64,000 nt of DNA from Geopsychrobacteraceae bacterium (GTDB lineage: Bacteria; Desulfobacterota; Desulfuromonadia; Desulfuromonadales; Geopsychrobacteraceae). Each line of letters begins with the position of its first letter. Position 1 is the stretch's first letter. Location: contig OY759353.1 of assembly GCA_963662315.1 (NCBI GenBank), positions 1,664,001 to 1,728,000 on the forward strand, read 5' to 3'. Shown piece by piece: positions 28,352 to 38,214 of the stretch. Position numbers and translations under genes: made by a program. A model generated the notes under the pieces. It was not told the DNA's origin and made no database searches. It saw only the letters and a program-made list of their open reading frames with translations.

Positions 28352-30250
28352 TTATTCAGCCAACCAGACCTCAACCCGGCGGTTTTTGTCCCGACCAAGA
28401 GCTGTTGCGTTAGAAGCAATGGCCATATCCTCGCAAAAACCCTTGACCATATCGGTCTGAACACCACGCCACTGCAAAATAGTCGCAACTTTTTCGGCCC
28501 GAATTCCAGAAAGATAACAGTTTGCTTTACGCTCACCCCGACTGTCAGCAAAACCGAACAGACGAATCGATTTGTTTCTGTTTTCTGGTTTAATCAGATA
28601 GTTAACCAAACGTTCAAGGTCTCTGCGTCCGCGGTTATCCAGTTCGGAACTACCTGAGCGAAAGCGAAAGTTCAGTGATAAACGACTTGCTCCGGCAATA
28701 GCCTGACGATACTCCTCCGGAGCATTGGCAGGAACCGGTGGTTTAATTTTGTCGATAGACAGCTCTACAAAACCTGACTTTCGCGCTGCAACCTGCCCGG
28801 CATCCCCAAGGGCGAATTGAATGAAGGGGCGGGTCAGATAATTTTTCGGGTTGACTGAGGTATATAAATACAGCCGCCGAGCCAAGGGATAGTCTTCCGT
28901 CCCGATAGTGAAAGGAGTGGGATAGACTGAAGGCGCGCCATCTTGTGAAATAGCAACAGCTTTGGCTTTATGAGCATAAGGTAAGGAAACAAACCCGATA
29001 CCAGCTGTGTCGTTTGCAACTTTTTCAGCGAGGGAATTGTCATCAGCAAGTTCATGCATTGTCGTTGCGAAGTCGTTATTGAATAACACCAGATGACTGA
29101 AAACACTTCCAGCTCCCGAAGCGATATTACGTCCATAAGTGTGAATGGGACCGTCAAGACGACTTTGCGGCAATTGCGACCAATCAGTGATTTTACCGGT
29201 AAAAATATCCGCAACATCCTGCTTGGATAAAATATCCAGGCCATTGACGGGGTGCAGAATAACCGTGATACCATCAAGGGCCAGAATATGTTCACTGGCA
29301 GGGTTGTTCAGAGGACCAATAGCAGCTAGTTGGCGCAACTCTTCTTCGTTAACCGGCCGGGATGACATGCCTATGTCACATTGCTCTTGTTGAAGCCCGG
29401 AAAACGCCGCTGCCGAAGTACTGGAAACAAACTCAATAGCGACATGTCTGCCATCGCCCAGGGTTGCTTCAACCCGTGTCACTCCAGGCTTATCACCTTT
29501 AACATAGCGAACATCCCCGCCAAACATTTCCTGTTGCATAAAAGCCATGGCGATCTCTGGAGCCAACTGGGATCCGATCGTTGCAGAACCTGCGACCCTC
29601 AATAGGACTTCAGCCGGCTGAGAAGCCACTTTAGGTTTAGCAGGTGCAGGCGCTGGAGCAGCGACGGGAGTTGCCGGCCTCGATGTCGGAGCGGTAGTTT
29701 TGGCAGTAACACTCTGCTGCGGATCAGAGGAGGGTCCTGCCATAAAGAAATAGCCTCCAGCACCAGCTAAAACAACCAGGGTCGCCAACGCTACCCATAA
29801 CATGCCTTTACTTTTTTTGGCCGGAGCGACATCTCTCGTTTCGGGGCTAGAGGCATAAGAACCACTTGGTTCAGAGGCAGGGGCACTTTTGCCACCGTCA
29901 CCATTGGTTAAAAGAGTAGCCAGTTCCTCGCGAAACAAATCGACTTCAAAATCCAATCGCTGGGCATTTGCTTTGGCTCTGCATAAAAGAAACAGACTGC
30001 CTTCGGGCAGGTAGTAAACAAAGAATTTATATTCAAGATAACGAAATTCACAACGCTCCACTGCTCCGACAGCAGCACTTGCAGCGCTGCGCTGTTGACT
30101 GAGTAGCTTGGCCGCTTTCACAACCTGGTCAAAGGCTAGGTAATCAGGCATCTGGGCCTTCACAACCTGTCCTTCGTTATCACATAAAAAGCCACCTAAT
30201 ACTTCTGGGAGCGAAACCAAAGCGTCTAAACAATTATTTTCAGCAGTCAT
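28352..30250 (-). CDS. Multidomain protein: roadblock/LC7-like, TM, Pro/Ala linker, PstS-like PBP domain, OmpA-like peptidoglycan-binding domain
   Basis: N-terminal LVSLPEVLGGFLCDNEG; TM WVALATLVVLAGAGGYFF; VAGSATIG, DIGMSSR, LALDGI and YPLARRLYLY (PstS-like); GFADSRG...N..LS..RA and NRRVEV (OmpA). Confidence 0.85.
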   Translation of the reverse strand: MTAENNCLDALVSLPEVLGGFLCDNEGQVVKAQMPDYLAFDQVVKAAKLLSQQRSAASAAVGAVERCEFRYLEYKFFVYYLPEGSLFLLCRAKANAQRLDFEVDLFREELATLLTNGDGGKSAPASEPSGSYASSPETRDVAPAKKSKGMLWVALATLVVLAGAGGYFFMAGPSSDPQQSVTAKTTAPTSRPATPVAAPAPAPAKPKVASQPAEVLLRVAGSATIGSQLAPEIAMAFMQQEMFGGDVRYVKGDKPGVTRVEATLGDGRHVAIEFVSSTSAAAFSGLQQEQCDIGMSSRPVNEEELRQLAAIGPLNNPASEHILALDGITVILHPVNGLDILSKQDVADIFTGKITDWSQLPQSRLDGPIHTYGRNIASGAGSVFSHLVLFNNDFATTMHELADDNSLAEKVANDTAGIGFVSLPYAHKAKAVAISQDGAPSVYPTPFTIGTEDYPLARRLYLYTSVNPKNYLTRPFIQFALGDAGQVAARKSGFVELSIDKIKPPVPANAPEEYRQAIAGASRLSLNFRFRSGSSELDNRGRRDLERLVNYLIKPENRNKSIRLFGFADSRGERKANCYLSGIRAEKVATILQWRGVQTDMVKGFCEDMAIASNATALGRDKNRRVEVWLAE

Positions 30251-30259
30251 AAGATCTAA

Positions 30260-30943
30260 TTATTTCCTCACCAGAGTTGAACGGATTGCACTTTCAATAG
30301 GCTGGTACTCACAGTTTCCAGGAGTTGCTACAACCAGAGTGCGGTTGTTCGACTGAAAGTTCATACAATGACCACCGGAACCGGTAACAACCGAAAAGTG
30401 ATACCCCTCCGCACCAAGCAATGCGCCCAGTTTTTTGCCAACATCGGCAAAGAAATGCCCTTGTGCACTCAATCGTGAAGCACTTGAACTCGTATCATTA
30501 TCGGGATGCCCATGTTCATCTATGAGAACCGCAAAATTCACCCCGGGGATAGGACTGATTTTCTGTACGGTTTTATTTGTTGTTTCTGGCATTTTAGTCA
30601 CCTCTTCTGTGACAACACCCTCTTCGTCAAGACGGCGATGACATTCAAGCAACAATTGACTCATGGACATACTAATACTTGAATGCATAGTTTTCAGGTT
30701 TGGTAGGCACGCAAAATTACCACTTCGCCAACCAAGCATCCGATAAATAGCATCAATCCCGGTAAGGTCATTCTGCTCGGCATGAATAACCTTGCCCTTA
30801 TTGAAGAAAACAACCCCCTTCGACCGGTTTTGCTGAACCGACAACCCTCCTGAAAATCCATTTTGGCTGTGCAATTGAAGAATGTCCGCTAAATGAACCT
30901 TTGGCAATTCTCCGGTAAAACCTTCTTCTTGCAACCGTTCCAT
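30260..30943 (-). CDS. DUF4388 (PATAN) domain protein with C-terminal roadblock/LC7-like domain
   Basis: FTGEL...LADILQL...GVVFFNKGKVIHA...G.DAIYRMLGW..G.F...LLLE..RRLDE; C-terminal IPGVNFAVLIDEHG; GGAGG RBS. Confidence 0.8.
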   Translation of the reverse strand: MERLQEEGFTGELPKVHLADILQLHSQNGFSGGLSVQQNRSKGVVFFNKGKVIHAEQNDLTGIDAIYRMLGWRSGNFACLPNLKTMHSSISMSMSQLLLECHRRLDEEGVVTEEVTKMPETTNKTVQKISPIPGVNFAVLIDEHGHPDNDTSSSASRLSAQGHFFADVGKKLGALLGAEGYHFSVVTGSGGHCMNFQSNNRTLVVATPGNCEYQPIESAIRSTLVRK

Positions 30944-31732
30944 GAAAATCCTCCCTGTTTAGAACACTATGTGCGCGTCAATTTATGCAAAATCTTTTTT
31001 TTGGATATATTTATTGATAAGAAAACGAGTCATCAACAATCTGTATCAAGAGACAGAGCCAAACAACCTATCGTCAAAAGACATGTTTTCAGGAACAACC
31101 GTAAAGAGCTATGACACAAACCCGGACCTGATTATTTGGTACTGAAATAGTGTCGGCAGGTTAGGTTCAGGCTTCACGTCTTTTTCCTGTTTTTGATAAG
31201 CGATTACTGCCCCCTCCTTTTATTGCTCAAAAGGCTATATCTCACTGCCCAAAAGCGACTGAATCACCACAGGGGGGCATGATTTGAAAAAAAACCGCGG
31301 ATCAAAAAAAACGTTTACTATCAAATCAACAATATTTGACAAATTAAACAATGTTCGATGGTAGATATTAATAAACATTCACCATTAAAACAACATTAAA
31401 ATTTCCTTTTTAATGTAAAAGCGTTATTTCCGCATATTTTTTGGCTATTGCAGAATCAATATGTTACGACATCGCGATATTTGAAAGGCTCCTCACGGCG
31501 CAACGGAACAAATATTCTTTCCGGAATATCACCCGGCCAAAGGTTTATACATGTGAATACTGATTTGTCCTTCCGCAATACGGTACCGTCAAGGTCACCC
31601 TACTGCCAAGCAACGGTTTTATTGGGTGTGCGAAAATTTAGGAGAAGTGTTATTTTGATTGAGGTACTATCTCGAAAAATTAATTAACCTCGTCCATATT
31701 GCATAAAATGAATTATTCAGAGGGGCTAACGC

Positions 31733-32560
31733 ATGAGCAAATTTATGGATCGCACAACCACTGTCGATACAGACGGCGTGGTCGATCAAAAAGTGTCAAT
31801 TCGCGGTATCTCTGCGGTAAAGCAGATACTGGTGTTTTCAGGCAGCAAAGGAGGAGTAGGAAAAACCACCACCGTGATAAACCTGGCAAAAGCGCTTACG
31901 CTGCAGAGTTATCATGTCGGAATCATCGACATGACCGGCTCTGCAGAACTGGCACTGGCAGCCTCCTCCGTTTCCGAATCAACGTCACAGAAGCCACGTC
32001 AACTTTCCGGAATCAGCATCGTGTCTTTTTGCCATCTTAAGCAAAAACATCTAAAGCTTCCCGTTGCGTCCGACATGCTAAAAAACAAACTTATTGAAGT
32101 TTGCGACCAGACCTCCTGGGGAAAACTTGATTTTCTATTGATTGATCTTCCTTCAGGCTATATGGACCTGGCCCTGTTTATTGGAAAAAACCTCCCCGCA
32201 TGCCAGTTTTTACTGGTCACAACCCCAGCAGCACCGGCCATTGCCGAACTCAGACAGGACATTCGTCTGCTTCAGAAGCACCACATAACCCCTCTTGGGC
32301 TTATTGAGAATATGTCCTTTTTTATTGGAGGTAACTCTGCCGATCACCTGGAATTGGTAGGTATTTTCAGTGCAGGCGGTGGACAGCGAGTCTGCCAGGA
32401 GACCTCTATTCCCCTGTTAGCGACAATCCCCATCAGTCTTGATATTGCTGCTGCCAGTGAAGCTGAAAAACCTGTTTACGAGCACTGCCCAAACTCTGAA
32501 GTCCTGCCCTACTATCTGAGCTTGACCAAACAATTACTAAGACGCTGTTTAACCTGCTAA
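31733..32560 (+). CDS. Mrp/ApbC/NBP35-like P-loop NTPase (degenerate, lacks CxxC)
   Basis: SKGGVGKTT, WGKLDFLLIDLP, VTTP and GLIENMS motifs. Confidence 0.75.
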   Translation: MSKFMDRTTTVDTDGVVDQKVSIRGISAVKQILVFSGSKGGVGKTTTVINLAKALTLQSYHVGIIDMTGSAELALAASSVSESTSQKPRQLSGISIVSFCHLKQKHLKLPVASDMLKNKLIEVCDQTSWGKLDFLLIDLPSGYMDLALFIGKNLPACQFLLVTTPAAPAIAELRQDIRLLQKHHITPLGLIENMSFFIGGNSADHLELVGIFSAGGGQRVCQETSIPLLATIPISLDIAAASEAEKPVYEHCPNSEVLPYYLSLTKQLLRRCLTC

Positions 32561-32643
32561 AAATGTTCACAAGGATCTGTTTTGGGTTATCTATCTGATC
32601 TCTATAGACCCCTTTATTTCTGCACTGCCGACAACAATTAGTA

Positions 32644-32691
32644 TTGACTTTCCAGCAGCAAAAGAGAACAATTGAACATATATTCATATGT
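32644..32691 (+). promoter_or_regulatory. sigma70 -35 plus SmtB/CadC-type operator
   Basis: TTGACT at 32644; TGAA-N6-TTCA (TGAACATATATTCA) at 32673-32686, just upstream of the ArsR gene. Confidence 0.6.
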
Positions 32692-32699
32692 GAGGATTT

Positions 32700-33056
32700 A
32701 TGACCAACTCAGACGACAGCTGCCAAATTGAGTATGTCCATTCGGAAGCAGTTTCCGAAGTAGCAGCCCGCATGGCTGACGAAGAGACATTATTTGACCT
32801 TGCCGAACTGTTTAAAGCATTTGCGGATTCCACCAGAGTCAGAATTCTGCACGCCCTGTCCTTCTCTGAACTATGCGTCTGTGACCTGGCCTGTATCCTG
32901 AAGATGAGTTCTTCCGCCATCAGCCATCAACTGCGGGTTCTGCGCGCCCAAAAAATTGTTAAATACCGCAAAGACGGAAAAAATGCGATTTACAGTCTTG
33001 ACGATGACCATGTCTCAGTATTATTGCAGCTCGGTCTCGATCATTTGAATGAATAG
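32700..33056 (+). CDS. ArsR/SmtB/CadC family metal-sensing repressor
   Basis: LFKAFADSTRVRIL, ELCVCDL, SAISHQLRVLR and alpha5 YSLDDDHV...H. Confidence 0.94.
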   Translation: MTNSDDSCQIEYVHSEAVSEVAARMADEETLFDLAELFKAFADSTRVRILHALSFSELCVCDLACILKMSSSAISHQLRVLRAQKIVKYRKDGKNAIYSLDDDHVSVLLQLGLDHLNE

Positions 33057-33075
33057 GCAGGCTTTTTTAGCTCAA

Positions 33076-33098
33076 CACATGAACATTTGCACATATGT
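33076..33098 (+). promoter_or_regulatory. Second SmtB-like operator copy, before the permease
   Basis: CATGAACATTTGCACATATGT resembles ATTGAACATATATTCATATGT at 32671. Confidence 0.5.
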
Positions 33099-33115
33099 AA
33101 CACAAAGGTATTCAT

Positions 33116-34216
33116 ATGACGATTATTTTGGAGATCATTCACGAGAGCTGGAAGATTCTGTGCTTGTCGGCACCTTATATGTTATTTGGCTTTTTCATAG
33201 CAGGTTTACTTAAAGCCTTTATTCCAGATGATTTCATTGCCAGACACCTTGGCCAGAATAAGCGCAGCAGTCTGCTGAAAGCAGCGCTCTTCGGAATTCC
33301 AATTCCCCTTTGCAGCTGTGGCGTTCTACCTGCAGCAGCCGGTATCCGTAAACAAGGAGCGAGCAAAGGAGCGACAACGGCATTTTTGATCTCAACACCA
33401 GAAACCGGAGTCGATTCCATCTCCGTCACCTATGCCCTGCTTGATCCATTCATGACGGTGGCAAGGCCCCTGGCGGCTTTTCTGACCGCTATAGTTACCG
33501 GTCACCTAGTACGGATATTCGACGCCGATAAAGAGTCCACTGAGATACCGGAACAGAATCACAATTCATGCAACTGCAAAAATACCGAAGAAAACAAAAG
33601 CACCTGTGCAAGTGGAACTGTAAAAACGAGGACCAGTGCTTCAGATCGCTTTAAAAAGGGGATGAGCTACACATTTGGAGATCTGTTTGGTGATATCGCT
33701 GGCTGGTTTTTTCTGGGTGTCGTGATTGCCGGGCTGATTTCTCTGTATTTGTCTCCATCACTGGTTGAAGACTGGCTCGGTAACCATCTTGTCGCCATGC
33801 TCGTTATGTTGGTCGTCAGCACTCCTCTCTACGTCTGTGCCACCACCTCAACACCAATTGCAGCGACGCTGGTTCTCAAAGGATTGAATCCCGGTGCGGC
33901 CCTGGTCTTTTTGCTCGCCGGCCCGGCCACCAATGCGGCGGCCATTTCAGTTATTACAAAAATCCTGGGACGCAAAGCAACTCTGATTTACGTGGGGGGG
34001 ATTATCGTTACTGCTTTGTTACTGGGGATCATTATCGATGCGATTTACGGGATTAGCAACCTGACGCAAAACTGGCAGATCGGTCAACAGGGAGAGGATG
34101 GCGGGATAATCGGTGTCATCTGTGCAAGCATATTGATAGCATTGATGCTTGGCAAAAAATTACGTAAGAAAAATTCTGGCAGTTGCTGCTCAGGCAGCAG
34201 CTGCGCTTGCCAGTGA
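33116..34216 (+). CDS. SO_0444/ArsP (DUF318) family metal-efflux permease
   Basis: PLCSCGVLP, FLISTPETGVDS, PLYVCAT and LVFLLAGPATN; Cys-rich loop and tail. Confidence 0.9.
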   Translation: MTIILEIIHESWKILCLSAPYMLFGFFIAGLLKAFIPDDFIARHLGQNKRSSLLKAALFGIPIPLCSCGVLPAAAGIRKQGASKGATTAFLISTPETGVDSISVTYALLDPFMTVARPLAAFLTAIVTGHLVRIFDADKESTEIPEQNHNSCNCKNTEENKSTCASGTVKTRTSASDRFKKGMSYTFGDLFGDIAGWFFLGVVIAGLISLYLSPSLVEDWLGNHLVAMLVMLVVSTPLYVCATTSTPIAATLVLKGLNPGAALVFLLAGPATNAAAISVITKILGRKATLIYVGGIIVTALLLGIIIDAIYGISNLTQNWQIGQQGEDGGIIGVICASILIALMLGKKLRKKNSGSCCSGSSCACQ

Positions 34217-34483
34217 ACCCTGAAGATCGGATTATGTCTAAAAACAGAGAGCCAGGAAGGATCTTGTCACGGAAAAAACCAAAGACTCACCATAGCAGCA
34301 ATTGTTCATTGCCATAGAGTTAGCCTTGTGAAAATCGTAGTCATTGCTCTCTGCAGCATGTTCACTTGTCATAACATTTTTCAAACGCCGCAACCGCAAC
34401 GCAGATGTTTTTTCAACAACCTGCTAAGGAATTGCTTGACAGTTTTGCCAGCATCTCTCTTGCGGAAAAAGAGCTGGGCATGG

Positions 34484-35353
34484 TCATTGTGGACCGGCCA
34501 CTTTGAAACCTCGCCAGCGTAATTGAATAACTGCAACACCAACAAGAGTTATCAACCCTCCCAAGATCTTCTGCCACGTCAGCGTCTCATCCATAAAAAC
34601 AACTCCAGACAAAACCCCGGCTATAGGTACCAACAGGGTAAAGGGAACAACGCGCGTTACAGCATACTTTCCAACCAGGTAATACCATAACCCATAAGCT
34701 GTCATGGTTGTGATAAAGACTAGGTGCAGGAAACACAACCATGCCCGGACACTGATGTGGGACAACATATCGAGTGTGGGAGCCTCGCTGACCAGCGCCA
34801 GGATGAACAGTGGTCCCGCCGCAAAGAGTCCCATCCAGGCATTTAGCGCCATCGGGTGAATCGGGCCAATCAACTTGATAATCGTGTTGCCGTATCCCCA
34901 GGCAACGACAGCAATTATGACAACGCCTAAATGGAGCGGGCGTGCTGCCAGATGCGGCTCGCCAAATATAATGAGGACACCGGCAAAAGCGGATACCATA
35001 CCGAAACTCTGCTGCCGGGTGAAGCTCTCTTTCAGCAGGAGTCGCGCAAAAACTACTGACATAGGGACCCCGGCCATGGACAGAATCGCCACCGCAGAGA
35101 CATCAACTCCCTGCAAGCCGAAGAAGATACCACCAAAGTGCACAGCTCCGAAAGCCCCTCCCAACAGCGCCAATAGAGGCAGCTGTTTACGGGATACAGG
35201 AAACCACCATATCAGTAACATGGCAACCGTGAAAAAGCGTAAACCGGTCAAAAAAATCGGTGGAAATTCTGCGACTGCAGTTTTTATGACGGCAATATTC
35301 ACCCCCCAGAGGAGCGGCACAATGATTGCGGCTAACACATCAATAACGCTCAT
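34484..35353 (-). CDS. EamA/DMT family exporter
   Basis: LWGVN, FPPIFLTGLRF, AYGLWYYL and PFTLLVPI; about 10 TM helices. Confidence 0.9.
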   Translation of the reverse strand: MSVIDVLAAIIVPLLWGVNIAVIKTAVAEFPPIFLTGLRFFTVAMLLIWWFPVSRKQLPLLALLGGAFGAVHFGGIFFGLQGVDVSAVAILSMAGVPMSVVFARLLLKESFTRQQSFGMVSAFAGVLIIFGEPHLAARPLHLGVVIIAVVAWGYGNTIIKLIGPIHPMALNAWMGLFAAGPLFILALVSEAPTLDMLSHISVRAWLCFLHLVFITTMTAYGLWYYLVGKYAVTRVVPFTLLVPIAGVLSGVVFMDETLTWQKILGGLITLVGVAVIQLRWRGFKVAGPQ

Positions 35354-35789
35354 AACATCTCTTTAGTGGGAAATAAATTAGCTGCCATAGTCGCCCCAAA
35401 CAGAATCGCTTGGATAAACATTCGAACAGTTGATAGTCGTTGCAACCATAGTCTCTTTAACAAAACCTGTAAAGATGATTGCCTGCAGTCCACCAACTGC
35501 GCTTTGGAGACGATAAAAGAAAAATCGGCCAGACATCCGTCCCGCAGTATCAAACGAAGCGAACAGGAGTAAAGACTCTCTGCCGGAACCTAAGAACAGA
35601 AAACCTCCCAACAGCAAAACACCAATATGCTGCTTTATCTGCATCAAGCCAGATAAACCGAACCGCTTATAGTGCTTCTGCAACCGCTTGCAGGAAAAAT
35701 ATGACGGGATATAGTTAAACGATGGAATCAGAACTCAGCTCGCAGCAAAATCCACTTCTTTCGTTCTACCATATGATCGACAAAGAGAA

Positions 35790-36812
35790 ATGCAACTCTC
35801 TTTTTTTTACTTACAGACACTCACTATGACAAGAAAACAAAAGTGGCCGATCTGGATCATTCTCGCTATCAGCGTGTTGCTTCTTATTTTTCTTTTTGAA
35901 TCTAAAGAACGGAAAAGTACTGCCACCATAATGAACTTCGGCGGAGGACCGCAAGGCAGTACCGCTCAGAATGTTGCTGAGGAGCTGGTCTCAATCCTCG
36001 ACCGGCAAGATCATTCCGTCACCTTTCGAGTGAAACAATCTGCAGGGTCATTTACCAACCTGCTCGGCATTGAAAAGGGAAAGTTGCAATTTGCCCTGGC
36101 CAATGCTGAAGACAGCTATAATCGTCTCTCCAGCCCAGGATCCCATCGGCAACAAACGCCCGAAGAAGCGGTATTGCTGGTCCGGCTGTTTGGCACTTAT
36201 GTGCAACTTTTCGTCCCTAAAAGCAGTCCGGTCATATCACCAGAAGACTTGGTGAATAAACGGGTCGCCATCGGCAGTTCGGGATCAGATTCTGCCAGAT
36301 GTGCACGCCGCTATTTCCAGGCCCAGGAGCTGTGGCATCGGATTACCCCGATTTATGTCGGCTATGAACGTGCTTTACAGGAACTGATTGATGGCACTGT
36401 TGAAGCGGTCTGGTTCATGTCAGGCGTCCCCAATGACTCCGTCCGTGAAGTAAACCGCAAGCATCCGTTGCGGCTGATAAACTTATGGGCCGGAGTGCCA
36501 ACGTCAGCAGCAAGTCGGAAGTTTTATCAGGATTTTCCTTTCTACGATATTTCCGTACTACGCCCCAATAGCTATCGTGGTCAGGAAGAGATAGTTTTTA
36601 CGGTTGGTATGTCCACCCTCTTGTTTGCCAATAAAAGACTCAGCGATGACTATATTTATCAGACGCTGGACACCATTTTTACCCACGAGAACCTGCAACA
36701 GATCCATTCTCGCTATCCTGCAACAGAAGAGATGGGAATCATGAATACCCTAACTAAAATGTCCCTGCCGATGCACCCGGGGGCGGTCAGTTTTTTACGC
36801 GATCATCTTTAA
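35790..36812 (+). CDS. TAXI-family TRAP solute-binding protein (no adjacent permease)
   Basis: GGPQGS, SAGSFTNL, DLVNKRVAIGSSGS and PMHPGA motifs; start may be 35826. Confidence 0.85.
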   Translation: MQLSFFYLQTLTMTRKQKWPIWIILAISVLLLIFLFESKERKSTATIMNFGGGPQGSTAQNVAEELVSILDRQDHSVTFRVKQSAGSFTNLLGIEKGKLQFALANAEDSYNRLSSPGSHRQQTPEEAVLLVRLFGTYVQLFVPKSSPVISPEDLVNKRVAIGSSGSDSARCARRYFQAQELWHRITPIYVGYERALQELIDGTVEAVWFMSGVPNDSVREVNRKHPLRLINLWAGVPTSAASRKFYQDFPFYDISVLRPNSYRGQEEIVFTVGMSTLLFANKRLSDDYIYQTLDTIFTHENLQQIHSRYPATEEMGIMNTLTKMSLPMHPGAVSFLRDHL

Positions 36813-36929
36813 GCTGTCCGATCCCCCTTCTTACCCTGTCGTTCACAGAAGCAGGTCTCCTCTCTTGCCTGTCTGGCAGTTATTGCTTATCCTGTCTGCA
36901 ATCACCCTTTACCTGGCAGGATCTTTAGC

Positions 36930-37187
36930 ATGAAACAGATAGGTGTTTATTGCGGCTCCCAAACAGGGCGTCAGCAGGATTATCAGCTGTTAGCCAAGCA
37001 ATTTGCAGCAACGCTTGTCAAAACCGATATTGGTCTGGTCCACGGTGGTGCCAGGATCGAACAGTTTATTCTGCCAGCCCATCATTACTTACTGGGCAGC
37101 GCTGACAATCCAGAAAAACTCCTGGATCGCATGGGCAAGCTGGCACCCGTTACTTCGACACCAGGCCTGACCCGCGATGAAAGCTGA
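36930..37187 (+). pseudogene. LOG-family (Rossmann-fold nucleotide phosphoribohydrolase) gene with large internal deletion
   Basis: LOG-like N-terminus (IGVYCGS..G....Y...A..F...L....IGLVHGGA) joined directly to a LOG-like C-terminus (EQFI...H..LL..ADNPEKLLD); the PGGxGT core is absent. Confidence 0.7.
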
Positions 37188-38145
37188 ACAGCCACCGCAA
37201 CATTCCGTTGAGATCGATCATGAACATTCAGACTGGGTCGCAATCCCTGCCGGGTTGACGGCCGGGAAAGATACGCAGCCATTGACCAGAAAACAGATAA
37301 AAAACTGGCCTCTGGTTCTGTCCGCCAAACAGATCCCCTGGCGCTCAAGGCAAAATATCGCAAACCAATGGGAGATAGAGGTTCCTGCCTCACACTACTT
37401 AACTGCCTGCCGGGAATTAAACCAATTTGAAGAGGAAAACCGCAACTGGCCACCACATGTCAACGCCGTTGAAACTTCTGAAAATACGGCTGTAACCATC
37501 TGGGTGCTAATTCTGTTAGCGCTCTTCCATAACCTGACAAGCCAGCAGATACAATTGCCACATTTTCCCGCCATCGACTGGTTCAGCATCGGCACTGCCG
37601 ATGCACAGAAAATTCTGGCCGGCCAATGGTGGCGAACCATCACAGCTCTGACTTTACATTCAGGAGGTATTCATCTAAGCGCCAACATTCTTTTCGGTGG
37701 CATAATCATTATTCGCTTGGCCCACTTGCTTCGTTCCGGCCCCGCCTGGTTCCTGATTCTTATAAGTGGCGCCCTGGGTAATTTTCTCAATGCCCTGGTT
37801 CACGGACGTAATCATCAATCTATCGGCTTTTCCACTGCGGTATTTTCTGCCCTTGCCCTGCTCTGCATCTGTACCATGACATTGCAGCGCACATCGTCCT
37901 GGCGCCGCTGGCCGCTCCCTCTCATGGCCGGGTGTGCCCTGTTGGCCCTGCTGGGAACCAGTGGCGAACAAACCGACCTTGGCGCCCACCTGTTCGGCTT
38001 TATCAGTGGCATCATCTGCGCGGTGATTGCTTTAAAAATCACTATTCCAGATTTTATTCGGGCACGACTGAACACCCTTTTAAGCCTGGTGACTGCGGTA
38101 ATGCTGCTAGGTGCCTGGGCTCTCGCCCAGTTCTCAGGAAACTAG
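37177..38145 (+). CDS. Rhomboid family intramembrane serine protease
   Basis: QWWRTITALTLH, HLSAN, SIGFST (catalytic Ser) and AHLFG (catalytic His). Confidence 0.88.
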   Translation: MKAEQPPQHSVEIDHEHSDWVAIPAGLTAGKDTQPLTRKQIKNWPLVLSAKQIPWRSRQNIANQWEIEVPASHYLTACRELNQFEEENRNWPPHVNAVETSENTAVTIWVLILLALFHNLTSQQIQLPHFPAIDWFSIGTADAQKILAGQWWRTITALTLHSGGIHLSANILFGGIIIIRLAHLLRSGPAWFLILISGALGNFLNALVHGRNHQSIGFSTAVFSALALLCICTMTLQRTSSWRRWPLPLMAGCALLALLGTSGEQTDLGAHLFGFISGIICAVIALKITIPDFIRARLNTLLSLVTAVMLLGAWALAQFSGN

Positions 38146-38214
38146 CATGATCGCAAGCGCGCGAAATACTGATATCTTGTACGATATTTTTTGTACAATT
38201 GCGATTGCGCAGCC

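Noticed and set aside
31000..31730. Short ORFs or an ncRNA in the long intergenic region
   Set aside because: No recognisable RBS, motif or RNA family; probably divergent promoter DNA.
34214..34522. Sec read-through of the SO_0444 permease TGA (the frame stays open to 34522)
   Set aside because: No SECIS-like hairpin is seen, the extension is not protein-like, and it runs into the convergent EamA gene.
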